Shown here piece after piece: positions 1-8,499 of a DNA stretch of 40,225 nucleotides. The stretch is from a virus (taxonomy: Duplodnaviria > Caudoviricetes), in IMG/VR virus record IMGVR_UViG_3300031953_000050, positions 1-40,225 of that record; one strand, 5' to 3'. The notes below the pieces were generated by a model. That model ran no database searches. It saw only the letters and a program-made list of their open reading frames with translations, and was not told the DNA's origin. Numbering within the stretch: position 1 is the first letter of the stretch; each line of letters opens with the position of its first letter. Both the position numbers and the translations under genes were made by a program.

Positions 1-230
1 GCGTTGACGTTCAGAGGGTCATAGCCAAAATAGCGCTGATAGGTGCTATTCTCAGCGTATTCCAGCGGCTCCTGAATTTCAGTACCGCCGTCGAGAGTCT
101 TGATATTGCCGCGCGACTTGAGCTTACGCAGCAGAGCGTTATTGAGCGAGACGTTGTCAGTGATTTCCGGTCCGGTGTTGCGGAGCGTGGTGGAAACCAG
201 CTGGGTAAATACTGCACTAGGCGATGCCAT
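1..230 (-). CDS. Major capsid protein, 5' part (variant duplicate of the start of 39216-40184, cut by the window edge)
   Basis: ATG at 230 preceded by AAGGGAAAATCAC; translates MASPSAVFTQLVSTTLRN..., same as the right-end copy except Ala->Ser. Confidence 0.9.
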   Translation of the reverse strand, partial: MASPSAVFTQLVSTTLRNTGPEITDNVSLNNALLRKLKSRGNIKTLDGGTEIQEPLEYAENSTYQRYFGYDPLNVN

Positions 231-271
231 GTGATTTTCCCTTAGTTAGCTTGTAGCTCGGCCCATTTTGC
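1..271. repeat. Terminal direct repeat, left copy (matches 39955-40225)
   Basis: Direct comparison: 271 bp with 10 substitutions (positions 15,27,33,48,51,75,96,105,116,156); the last 115 bp are identical. Confidence 0.97.
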
Positions 272-1318
272 TTCCATGAGCTGATCATCAGTCATGGTGC
301 GGGCTTTGCCGGATGAAGTGGAGGTAACGTTTACGCCTGTAGCGCGCTTCGCTGCCTCGGCCTTCTGCTTATCCCCCGTTGCGGCCTGCTTGGCGGCTTG
401 GGTCTTTGCTCTAAGGGCGGGGTCGGCTTCGGTCGCAGCCTGTACGGCATACCTTAGTACGGCTTCACGCGATGCTTCCTGACCAAGCTTTTCCCAGCCT
501 TCGTTGATGAAGAACACCAACCGGCTCTCTGGGATATCCTTGACAAGCGGTTCACTCGAAAGCAAACGGCTCGTTTCAGACTTCGCATCGCGTTCGTCTA
601 GCACCTTCAAAACGGTGTCAGGGCTCTGGAGGCTAGCAATCTGCTGCTTGAGAGACGTGATTTCGTTCAGGAGGCGATTGTCTTGCTGAGCCTGGGGCGC
701 AGCTGTAACACCAAGGAGCTGAGCGACCTGCTGGCGCGCTCCATAGGTGTCAATGATGTTCATCAGCGTATTGGCCGGGTCGCGGTCCATAGAGCGCTGA
801 ATGTTGGCAAGATAGCGGATACCATCAGCGGCAGAGATAGGGTTGCCATCGGCCCCCTTCAGATTGCCATTGAAGTACTCGGCAAACTCGGCGCTAGCTT
901 CCTGGAGCGGCTTAAACTGGCTTACCTGCCGTCCCATATCGGACATTCGGGCGTTCAGTTCATTGGAGCGCTCTGCGAACCGGGTGCGCTGCTCTGGGGT
1001 AAGAGACGCCCATTCAGCATCTAGGCCATAAAGGTTAGACGGGAGAGGAACGTCAGTTTCAGTGACCGCTGAGTTACCGTCTTTCGGCTCCTCTCCCTCG
1101 GCTGCACCTTCCAGTTCAGCCGTCTCTGTTTCCTCGCCTTCCTTGGCAGCAAACTTACCATCTTCGCCGCGAAGCTGATCACCTTCTCCGGTGTCATCGT
1201 CTTGCATGGCGTTCCAAGCGGCCTCCATAGCCGCATCGTTGGATAGTTCAGTGCTGGCAGCATCAGGCGTAGCTGTGCTGGTATCGGGCGGCGCGGTGAA
1301 TTCATTATCAGCGGTCAT
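242..1318 (-). CDS. Putative capsid scaffolding protein (358 aa)
   Basis: Acidic low-complexity N-terminus containing a RGEDGKFA motif, helical/coiled-coil body, directly upstream of the major capsid gene. Confidence 0.75.
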   Translation of the reverse strand: MTADNEFTAPPDTSTATPDAASTELSNDAAMEAAWNAMQDDDTGEGDQLRGEDGKFAAKEGEETETAELEGAAEGEEPKDGNSAVTETDVPLPSNLYGLDAEWASLTPEQRTRFAERSNELNARMSDMGRQVSQFKPLQEASAEFAEYFNGNLKGADGNPISAADGIRYLANIQRSMDRDPANTLMNIIDTYGARQQVAQLLGVTAAPQAQQDNRLLNEITSLKQQIASLQSPDTVLKVLDERDAKSETSRLLSSEPLVKDIPESRLVFFINEGWEKLGQEASREAVLRYAVQAATEADPALRAKTQAAKQAATGDKQKAEAAKRATGVNVTSTSSGKARTMTDDQLMEAKWAELQAN

Positions 1319-1602
1319 CGATATTCCTCTGAGACGGTTAGGCCTCGTTTCTTGGCAAAGTCCTTATTGCGGATTTTCCCATGGGTTGGGCTTTCGGAAG
1401 GTTCTTGTACTCGTTTGCCGTGCTTCTCCAGCTCATACCGGAGCTGAGCGCGGCTCGTGATCTGCTTGCCATCGATTGGACTAGTGATCGCATCCATGTC
1501 GCTAACCACGTATGGAAGGCAAATGCCGTCGCGTTCGGGAATGGGCATCTTGTTCCCATCCGAGTCCACAAAGCCATTGTTCGTCCAAACGTACTTAGTC
1601 AT
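1315..1602 (-). CDS. Small phage head-module protein (95 aa)
   Basis: SPIDGKQITSRAQLR motif typical of small genes between portal and scaffold; ATGA overlap with the scaffold gene. Confidence 0.7.
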   Translation of the reverse strand: MTKYVWTNNGFVDSDGNKMPIPERDGICLPYVVSDMDAITSPIDGKQITSRAQLRYELEKHGKRVQEPSESPTHGKIRNKDFAKKRGLTVSEEYR

Positions 1603-1639
1603 AGGCTATTGATACTCCAATTCGTTACAATCGTCTACG

Positions 1640-2146
1640 TTAGAGATAGAAGCCATGGGCGTTTGCAACATTGGCTGTGTTGCCTGTCCCGCCTGCTGGG
1701 CAGCTAACAACAATCGGTGTGTTGACGGCTGATGCTGGCAGGGGAGGAGTGAACGTCAGGATAAGCGGGGTATTAGGCAACAGTGCCCCAGTGGCGAACG
1801 TATAGATGTATGACCGGGTGCCGCCCAAGAGGCCGGTAATGGTCACAGTCACGGGAAGGCCAGCCGTCGATCCAGCTCCGGTAATCTCAACACCTGAGAT
1901 ATGGACAAGCGTTGATGCCGTTCCTGTCAGAGTGGCAACAGCAGCGGCATTGGCAACAACCGCTGAACCAGCCGATAGGGCTACACGACCAGACGGGTAT
2001 GGTAGAACGGAAACAACCGTTGGATTAGTGGGGGTGCCCTGCGCACCTGTGCCACCCGGCGTCATGAGGACAACGCCCTGAGCGGTTACGGCATTCAAGC
2101 CGCCATCGCTATATTTAAGTACGTCACCCTGATTGGAAATGGTCAT
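1640..2146 (-). CDS. Hypothetical G/A/T/V-rich beta protein, possibly virion-associated (168 aa)
   Basis: ATGA overlap with the portal stop; almost no charged residues. Confidence 0.65.
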   Translation of the reverse strand: MTISNQGDVLKYSDGGLNAVTAQGVVLMTPGGTGAQGTPTNPTVVSVLPYPSGRVALSAGSAVVANAAAVATLTGTASTLVHISGVEITGAGSTAGLPVTVTITGLLGGTRSYIYTFATGALLPNTPLILTFTPPLPASAVNTPIVVSCPAGGTGNTANVANAHGFYL

Positions 2147-4371
2147 GGTTTAGCTCCAGGCTGAGGAATGGGGGCGCTAAGCTGCTTTTCCTTCAGCGCC
2201 AGTTCGGTTGCTTTGATCTGAACGTCAATCGTCTTGATCTGTAGGTCTACCTGCTTGATAGCCAGATCGGCTTGGGAGTTGACAGCCTCGGTCTGGGCTT
2301 TTGTCTGCTCTAGAGCCAGCTTGGCCTGTGACTCTTGGGTCATCAGCGCAATCTTGGCCTGCAATTCCTCACGGGCCATCATCTGTGAATTCTGCTGAGC
2401 CTGCTGTTCCATCTGGAGCCGCGCGGCTTTCTCCTGCATGTCAGCCTGAGTGGCCTGCTGCTTGATCTGGAATTCGCCAAGAGCCTTCTGGCCTTCACCC
2501 TGAAGCTTGGCCTGATCCATCTGCAACCGGGCCTGTGTTGCCTGCTGCTCGGTCTGGGCCTTGATCACATCGGGGTTAGGCGGTGGCGGCTGGGGATTGT
2601 TAACGGCTTCCTCTGCCTGCTTACGAGCGGCAGCGATGAGCTTGTCCAGTGAATCAGATGCCGACTTGCCCAGATCGTAATTGCGTGTCGCAGCGGCATA
2701 TAGCTCAATGACTGGCTCGGCCACGGCAGGACCACCAGCAGCAACGACAGGCTGCATAGCGGCGAAATAACCAGAGGTTCCGGTGAGGAACTCGGCCATG
2801 TCGGCCTTCTTCTGGGTCAGGTCAGCGCGCACCGTCGAATCCGTCTCGATATCCACCCGATACGATGCCAGCGCCTTATTGGTCATAAGGGCCTTCATCT
2901 CTTGGGTAACGTCGATCCCGGTCATTTCCTTGAGGCGCTTATCTGAAAACTTCGACAGGATAATTTCTGCAGAAATACCCATGATATCGCGGGCAGAGTT
3001 CGCCATGAGGGTTTGCATCTTCTTGATGCGCAGGCTCCCCCACTGGCTTTTGATCTGCTGAGCGCCCAATGTCTCGCTGGCCTTGGATGCGCCGCGTACA
3101 ATGTCGCTAATGCCGGTAATCTCGTAAATGGCTTGCTTGGTTAGGTCTCGGTTTTTGAATAGCTCGGTGAGGATGCCAATGTACTTGTCAGCGGGCCACC
3201 AGGAGATGAGTTTGTCGATACCACCAGCAGCAGCCACCGGTTCGACACCGGCCAGCGCAATAAGCTCGTTATCATCCGCTGTTGCCAGTCGAGCCAAGTC
3301 CTCACCCACAGCGCCGACAAATCCGCCCTTGAGCTGCATCGCAGAAGTCAGCTTGCGAATACGCTTGGTCACTACATCCAGCTCATCCGCGAGACGCTTG
3401 TAGATGCTGAACGGATTAACCGGCATCAGACGACCGACAATGACCAGGGGCTGCACCGGCGTGCTGATAGGGAAGAACCCATTGAGATTGAGTGGGTCAT
3501 CAATGGTCTTGAGGAATAGACCCTCTGCCGAGACAAAATGGACTTTGCGGGTTTTCTTTACCCAAATCTCGTAGATGGTCCGGTCTCCGTCACCAGCCTC
3601 GTCTGGCTTTACGCCCTGATTGTCGGACTGTGCATCCATGTAGTCAGGGTCGGCGATATCGGCATAGCTCTCGCAGACATGGCGGAAGCTGATCCACGGC
3701 ACATCCTGCCAACGCTTGGCGGGCCCATGCTGGAAGTCGCGCCAGCTTACTGCTTCGTAGCAGATTCGTTCATTCGAGACCGTTTCGCCTGCTGAGCCTT
3801 CTTGCTCGTACCCGCCATCATCTCCGCCGTCTTTGAGTTCGGGTTCCGACGCTTCGGGCTCTTCTGCTTCCATATCCTCATCTGAGTACCCCGTCTTGCT
3901 CTTTAGCTCTTCCTGCGCCTCATGCAGCGCTTCAACCTCGTTGTCCTCTACGTCTGCATAGAACCGTACACGCAAAACACCACGGCCCGCAAGGAAACCG
4001 TCTTGAGCCTGGGATTCTAGTTCATTGGCTAGCTTGGCGTCATCGATCTGGATGGAGATGGAGCGCTCTAGCAGATCACTGACGCTCTTGCCTACCGGGT
4101 CATCATCACCGAACCTGCGGCGGATATCCGGTACAGGGGGGCTATTGATAATGGCTGGGACGATGGTTTCAACGTTGCTGTGCAGGATGTTGTAATCGTA
4201 CAGCGATCCGTCATGATGGTAATTGGCCTCATTGGTATAGGCCTTGACCGCCATTTCAGCGTTCTTATACCAGTCGGTTTCCCGATTCCACGCGGCGTTA
4301 ATCCGCTCAATCCATTGCGTTCCCTCACGGTGGAGGTCTTTACCATTGAGCTTATTAGGTCGTTTTGCCAT
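2143..4371 (-). CDS. Portal protein, P22-like, with long Q/A-rich C-terminal coiled coil (742 aa)
   Basis: Size, position after terL, YEITGISDIVRG...ETLGAQQIK motif, barrel-like C-terminus; AGGAG RBS. Confidence 0.88.
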   Translation of the reverse strand: MAKRPNKLNGKDLHREGTQWIERINAAWNRETDWYKNAEMAVKAYTNEANYHHDGSLYDYNILHSNVETIVPAIINSPPVPDIRRRFGDDDPVGKSVSDLLERSISIQIDDAKLANELESQAQDGFLAGRGVLRVRFYADVEDNEVEALHEAQEELKSKTGYSDEDMEAEEPEASEPELKDGGDDGGYEQEGSAGETVSNERICYEAVSWRDFQHGPAKRWQDVPWISFRHVCESYADIADPDYMDAQSDNQGVKPDEAGDGDRTIYEIWVKKTRKVHFVSAEGLFLKTIDDPLNLNGFFPISTPVQPLVIVGRLMPVNPFSIYKRLADELDVVTKRIRKLTSAMQLKGGFVGAVGEDLARLATADDNELIALAGVEPVAAAGGIDKLISWWPADKYIGILTELFKNRDLTKQAIYEITGISDIVRGASKASETLGAQQIKSQWGSLRIKKMQTLMANSARDIMGISAEIILSKFSDKRLKEMTGIDVTQEMKALMTNKALASYRVDIETDSTVRADLTQKKADMAEFLTGTSGYFAAMQPVVAAGGPAVAEPVIELYAAATRNYDLGKSASDSLDKLIAAARKQAEEAVNNPQPPPPNPDVIKAQTEQQATQARLQMDQAKLQGEGQKALGEFQIKQQATQADMQEKAARLQMEQQAQQNSQMMAREELQAKIALMTQESQAKLALEQTKAQTEAVNSQADLAIKQVDLQIKTIDVQIKATELALKEKQLSAPIPQPGAKP

Positions 4372-4417
4372 GCGTATCTCCTACCACTGTTCACTATATA
4401 CAGCAATATGGCAAAGA

Positions 4418-4453
4418 TATAGCCCACCAACCGTTTCCAGTCAGTGGGCTATA
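4418..4453 (-). terminator. Long hairpin (TATAGCCCAC...GTGGGCTATA, GAAA loop on - strand); possible terminator upstream of portal
   Basis: 10-bp perfect outer stem plus an inner stem with G.U pairs and a GNRA loop on - strand; only a weak U tract (TCTTT). Confidence 0.5.
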
Positions 4454-4526
4454 AGGCTCATAGGGTGATTTCAGATGCGTAGATGGTTAAACTGCCACTA
4501 GCCCTCAGTGGCTCCGCGCACCGGCC

Positions 4527-4670
4527 TTAAGATTTTGCAGGATATGCACTTAGCAGCTCCAGAGCTAGTAAATACCAGTCAATAACCTCAGCTAGAGGCA
4601 TCCACTTATCCTCAATGCGGATAAACTGCTTTCCGTCTGGATGGGTGGTAATCTCGTATTCGGTCATCAT
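4527..4670 (-). CDS. Small hypothetical protein (47 aa, MMTEYEITTHPDGKQFIRIEDKW...)
   Basis: Below the ORF-track cutoff; strong RBS AGAGGAGAGA directly before ATGATG. Confidence 0.65.
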   Translation of the reverse strand: MMTEYEITTHPDGKQFIRIEDKWMPLAEVIDWYLLALELLSAYPAKS

Positions 4671-4721
4671 TCTCTCCTCTGATGTTTGAGGGCCTTGCAC
4701 CCTCTTGCCTCCCTAGAGGTG

Positions 4722-4826
4722 TCAACGGTCGTGTTTCCGCACTGATGTCCAGTGGTCCGGCACAAATAGAATAGCCCCAAGACCGGTCAGGATCAAGGGG
4801 CTAATGAAGGTTCCGATATCACCCAT
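4722..4826 (-). CDS. Small hydrophobic peptide (34 aa, MGDIGTFISPLILTGLGAILFVPDHWTSVRKHDR)
   Basis: SD-like AGGTGA upstream; one TM-like segment followed by a basic tail. Confidence 0.4.
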   Translation of the reverse strand: MGDIGTFISPLILTGLGAILFVPDHWTSVRKHDR

Positions 4827-4867
4827 CGTCACCTACAACCGTTGAGAGGTTACCCTCTGTTTGCCTA

Positions 4868-4943
4868 TGGAGCCGACTGCTGGAATCGAACCAGCGACAT
4901 CCTGATTACAAAACAAGCGCTCTTCCATCTGAGCTAAATCGGC
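4868..4943 (-). tRNA. tRNA-Thr(TGT), CCA encoded
   Basis: 76-nt cloverleaf: acceptor GCCGATT/AGTCGGC, D stem GCTC/GAGC, anticodon loop TTTGTAA, T arm GCTGG-TTCGATT-CCAGC, 3' TCCA. Confidence 0.95.
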
Positions 4944-4948
4944 GTTAC

Positions 4949-5551
4949 CTACTTCTTACCATCATCCTTGATAGGCTGTCGAGTGGGATGCATGGTTGGG
5001 CCATCGATACCCGTATTATCGGGATGACCACCGGGGCGCGGCTCACGCTTTGCCAGTGCGGCGTCTACGTCATGAGCTTCCTTGTGCTTCTGAGCGAGGT
5101 CGGTTACCTCAGACTCATCAACCTGGAACTTCTGCATCTCGGTCACAACCGGATCGCCCGGTACAGTGCCCTTGTCGCGCGGATCGTCAGGACCGGCTGG
5201 GAGATGATCCTTGATGCCGGGGCACAGGATAGCCAAATCATCCAGCTCCTTGGGGCTGAATTCAGCCTCAGCGGCGAGGTTGGCAGCGCGGATATGCTCC
5301 CCACCATTCCAAATGGTGACGATGTAGTCCATTGTATGCTCAGCGGTCCAACGGTCCTTTTCAGGGCCGGTCATGTCTTTAGTGGGATTCTGCTTTTTGG
5401 CCATGGTGATTTTCCTTGGTGGTAAAGCGGTCGGTTTGAAAACGATCCGGGGGTGAATAGGTTCAATCACTTTTCCCGCTGATCGATGAGGATGATCATA
5501 ATGCATTGGATCGGCAATGTTCCAGAGATCCCGCGCGTCCCCAGTCATCAT
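4949..5551 (-). CDS. Hypothetical protein (200 aa; strong alternative in-frame start at 5404)
   Basis: ATGA coupling at 5551; second start at 5404 preceded by AAGGAAAATCACC. Confidence 0.7.
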   Translation of the reverse strand: MMTGDARDLWNIADPMHYDHPHRSAGKVIEPIHPRIVFKPTALPPRKITMAKKQNPTKDMTGPEKDRWTAEHTMDYIVTIWNGGEHIRAANLAAEAEFSPKELDDLAILCPGIKDHLPAGPDDPRDKGTVPGDPVVTEMQKFQVDESEVTDLAQKHKEAHDVDAALAKREPRPGGHPDNTGIDGPTMHPTRQPIKDDGKK

Positions 5552-5946
5552 TCCTCATCCTTCTTGTACGCCGCCAGGATACGTTCCCGGTCAGCCATCA
5601 TCTGCTCCTTGCGGGTGTATACCTCATGCAGGAGTTTATCTACCTCGTAGTCCTTTCGATCATCCTCTGTCTCGACTACTGCAACACGAGATGCGGCGGT
5701 CTTTGCTACCTCAGATGGCTTTGGAGACTTATTAAACTGCTGCGCGGCATATTCACCGGCTATCTGGTCATGATACATGCGGTCGTATGCGGATGCCGCT
5801 TCGTTCATCGCCTTTGTGACCGCCATTTGGGCGGCAGCCTGCATCTGGCTGCATTGAGGCTGAGAGCCATACATAGTTGGGGTTGCCGTGTTAAAGAAGT
5901 TACCGAACGGATTAGGTGGTATTGCCCCACTAGCCATACCCATCAA
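5548..5946 (-). CDS. Hypothetical protein (132 aa)
   Basis: Overlap-coupled ORF in the terL-portal interval. Confidence 0.65.
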   Translation of the reverse strand: MMGMASGAIPPNPFGNFFNTATPTMYGSQPQCSQMQAAAQMAVTKAMNEAASAYDRMYHDQIAGEYAAQQFNKSPKPSEVAKTAASRVAVVETEDDRKDYEVDKLLHEVYTRKEQMMADRERILAAYKKDEE

Positions 5947-6149
5947 CCCTTCTCCACCATCTCAGCGCATACCTTGCGCACTGTTTCATCCACATAGGCA
6001 TCAGCGCCAAATGCGTCGTCGTCAATCTCAATGGTGACGGTCTTTCCGTTCCCCATGCCTACAAAGGTCAGGGTTTTGGAATTGGGCGCGCCAGTGTTTC
6101 GTACACCACGATTAGCCATCTCTGTAATGATGCGGTCGCGGATTGTCAT
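5943..6149 (-). CDS. Hypothetical protein (68 aa)
   Basis: ATGA overlap with the terL stop, GAGGGA RBS. Confidence 0.7.
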   Translation of the reverse strand: MTIRDRIITEMANRGVRNTGAPNSKTLTFVGMGNGKTVTIEIDDDAFGADAYVDETVRKVCAEMVEKG

Positions 6150-7558
6150 TGGTCCCTCGCTCTCTTTTTCTTGGCAATCATCGCCTGGATTGCCTCGTTA
6201 ATATCCACAGTCGCCATAATACGCCCTTGTGCATCGGCTGTATACTCTTGAGGCTTGGGCTTTGGAGGTGGCTGTTTGTAAACTATAGCGTCCTTCCAAG
6301 CCAATCCAAGGTATCGCCAGCTCGACCCGATATGTTCCGCCCAATCCTTCACCGGGTTCTCACGGAAGGTCTTCAGGTCATCATCCCACTCACGGCGGTA
6401 GTTCTTCAGGCCGCTCATGCCTACAGACACGCGCTCGCCACGCTCATCGTCGGCACCATGGAACACAGCCAGCTTGATCGTCTCACGGCCCGCGTTGATG
6501 CCATCAGCTACGGCCACCATGTCAACACGCTGGGGCTTGCGCTTCAGGTCTCGTAGCATATCGAACCGGGTGCGCTTGGCTCCCCAGTTGTAATGCAGGG
6601 CATCGTGCGGAACGTAGTCAGTACCATTATAGCCCTTGCTATCGAGCCACTTGCACCATTCCTCCAGATCGTCGCTATCGGGCCGGTAGAAGTCCACAAT
6701 GCGCAGCTGACCGGCAATAACCTGGAAGCACCAGATGGGATTGTTCACGGCCTTACCCAAGTCCCAAGCGGTATGGACAGGATGGTTTGGGTCAATCTCA
6801 ACGATCTGGTCAGTACGATGCTCATTGTCAGCCTTGAACATCTCAGCGCCCCAATAGGCACCGATCATCGCCCCGGAGAACGAGCAGTAATATTCCTGCT
6901 GGAACATCGCCAGCCCAAGGTCAATGCCATAGATATCCTGATACTCGGACAGGCTCTCAACCAGTTGCTCAGGGCTTAGCGCCCCCGTGTCCTCGACACT
7001 CGATAGCTCAGCGAACCAGTTATCGTTGGACTTGGCGCGCTCGTACATCGTCTTGGCGTGGTTATTGCCGCGAGGCGTAGTGATGAACGCGGCTGTACCT
7101 AAGCTCTCCTCAATCATTGGCTTGTGATATGCCCATGCTGCTGGGTTGCACAGCGCCCACTCTGAATAGGCAATGCCAACCGGGCCTGAGCCTACGGTCG
7201 CGTCATATCGATCAGAGCCAAGGAGCTGCCATGTGCTGCCCCACACAGTCTCAATGAACATGTCATTGTCGTTGATGCGCTTGCGAATCTCTGGGGGGAA
7301 TGCCTCATCAATGCGTCGCTTGCCTGTATGGCCATTAACACCATTCCAGATGGCCTTACGGGCCTGAGCATACTCAGGAAAGCAGTGCCAATATGTGCCG
7401 ACACGCTTCTGGCTAAGCTCACGGAAGCCATTCAGGACAATCTCGTCCTTACCCCAACGGCGATGGGCAATCTCAATCAGGCGGCGTTTCTTCTGGCCTA
7501 CCAGGGCTTCATGGAATGCGCGCTGATATGGCCTTACTCTGAACTCATACCGAGCCAT
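6146..7558 (-). CDS. terL: Terminase large subunit (470 aa)
   Basis: Walker A-like HRRWGKD, Walker B-like GIAYSEW, coupling motif ITTPRG, nuclease region TAWDLG...PHDA, QQEYYCSF. Confidence 0.95.
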   Translation of the reverse strand: MARYEFRVRPYQRAFHEALVGQKKRRLIEIAHRRWGKDEIVLNGFRELSQKRVGTYWHCFPEYAQARKAIWNGVNGHTGKRRIDEAFPPEIRKRINDNDMFIETVWGSTWQLLGSDRYDATVGSGPVGIAYSEWALCNPAAWAYHKPMIEESLGTAAFITTPRGNNHAKTMYERAKSNDNWFAELSSVEDTGALSPEQLVESLSEYQDIYGIDLGLAMFQQEYYCSFSGAMIGAYWGAEMFKADNEHRTDQIVEIDPNHPVHTAWDLGKAVNNPIWCFQVIAGQLRIVDFYRPDSDDLEEWCKWLDSKGYNGTDYVPHDALHYNWGAKRTRFDMLRDLKRKPQRVDMVAVADGINAGRETIKLAVFHGADDERGERVSVGMSGLKNYRREWDDDLKTFRENPVKDWAEHIGSSWRYLGLAWKDAIVYKQPPPKPKPQEYTADAQGRIMATVDINEAIQAMIAKKKRARDQ

Positions 7559-8171
7559 TACGTGCTTTCAGCTTAGCGCGGCGTCTCCGCATATACTCTT
7601 TCGAGTACTCCCTATAATGGACAGATCGCAGCTCACCGGAACTCATAACCGCATCAATAGGTGGCTCTGCTGATCTGATTGCCTTAGCTTCTGGGTGTGA
7701 CAGTAGCCAGTTCTTGCGGGTATTTTCTACTTGCTGCTCATCCGTCGCCCACCGACAGTTTTCAGGCTCATAATCACCGAATGGATTTATCCTGTCGATG
7801 CTCATACCGTCAGGCTTGGGGCCTATATCCCTTATGAAATTCTCGTACTCATCCCACTCAGCACACACCCTCACTCCCTTCGCACCGTACCAACGATACA
7901 TTGGGTTTTTCCTGTTCTGGCATCTTTGTCTCATTTGGACCCAGATGTAGTATTCTGGAGAGTGAGAAGCTCCGTGCTTCAACCTTGCCTCTATGCGGTG
8001 ACACCCGCAAGATTGCGTCTTCCCTGTTTTTACATTTGTTGCATAAGCAACCAGCTCATTTCCACACTCACAGTTGAAAAGCCAAAGGGCATGCCCGGCA
8101 GCAGACAACCCGTCGATTCTAACCGCCGTAAGCTTCCCGTACTTATTACCTGAGATATCTTTAATTGCCAT
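7545..8171 (-). CDS. Free-standing HNH-type homing endonuclease (208 aa)
   Basis: CECG..SCGC zinc motifs, W..MRQRC...YG.KG..VC.EW, SIDRIN..GDYEPENCRWAT; lies between terS and terL. Confidence 0.85.
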   Translation of the reverse strand: MAIKDISGNKYGKLTAVRIDGLSAAGHALWLFNCECGNELVAYATNVKTGKTQSCGCHRIEARLKHGASHSPEYYIWVQMRQRCQNRKNPMYRWYGAKGVRVCAEWDEYENFIRDIGPKPDGMSIDRINPFGDYEPENCRWATDEQQVENTRKNWLLSHPEAKAIRSAEPPIDAVMSSGELRSVHYREYSKEYMRRRRAKLKARNGSV

Positions 8172-8202
8172 ATCTATCTCATACTAAGTATGAGACTGCT
8201 AG

Positions 8203-8490
8203 TCAAACCTTATTATCTTTGGGTTGGGCTGCGTCATAAATTGTTATGAATTGTACTGGCCCGCCATCCTCTCCGGTGTGCTCTACAGCCTGCATTGGCT
8301 TGCCATCTGTGCGATCAGCCACCTCTCTAATCGCCCATCCCTCCCCCGCAACTGCCAGTAAAACCAGCTTATCTGCGATCTGACGCAGCTTTGTGTTTGG
8401 CAAACCGTCTAGCGTAACACCGTCCGATTCACGCAGAGCAATGCTGAGCATGTTGGCGAATGACTTCTCTTTTGGAGGGCGGCCGGCCAT
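8203..8490 (-). CDS. terS: Terminase small subunit (likely start MAGRPPK)
   Basis: GRPPK N-terminus, A..G...AIREV.DR.DGKP.Q.VEHTG.DGGPV motif; upstream of terL. Confidence 0.75.
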   Translation of the reverse strand: MAGRPPKEKSFANMLSIALRESDGVTLDGLPNTKLRQIADKLVLLAVAGEGWAIREVADRTDGKPMQAVEHTGEDGGPVQFITIYDAAQPKDNKV

Positions 8491-8499
8491 TAAATTCAC

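Noticed and set aside
1-156. Diversity-generating retroelement TR/VR pair (near-identical repeats with many A differences on + strand)
   Set aside because: Nine of ten differences are synonymous third-position changes, mostly T/C on the coding strand rather than A-specific. No reverse transcriptase is present, and the repeats are the contig ends.
4868-4943. tRNA as an attP/attB integration site
   Set aside because: No integrase, no duplicated tRNA 3' end and no host flanking DNA.
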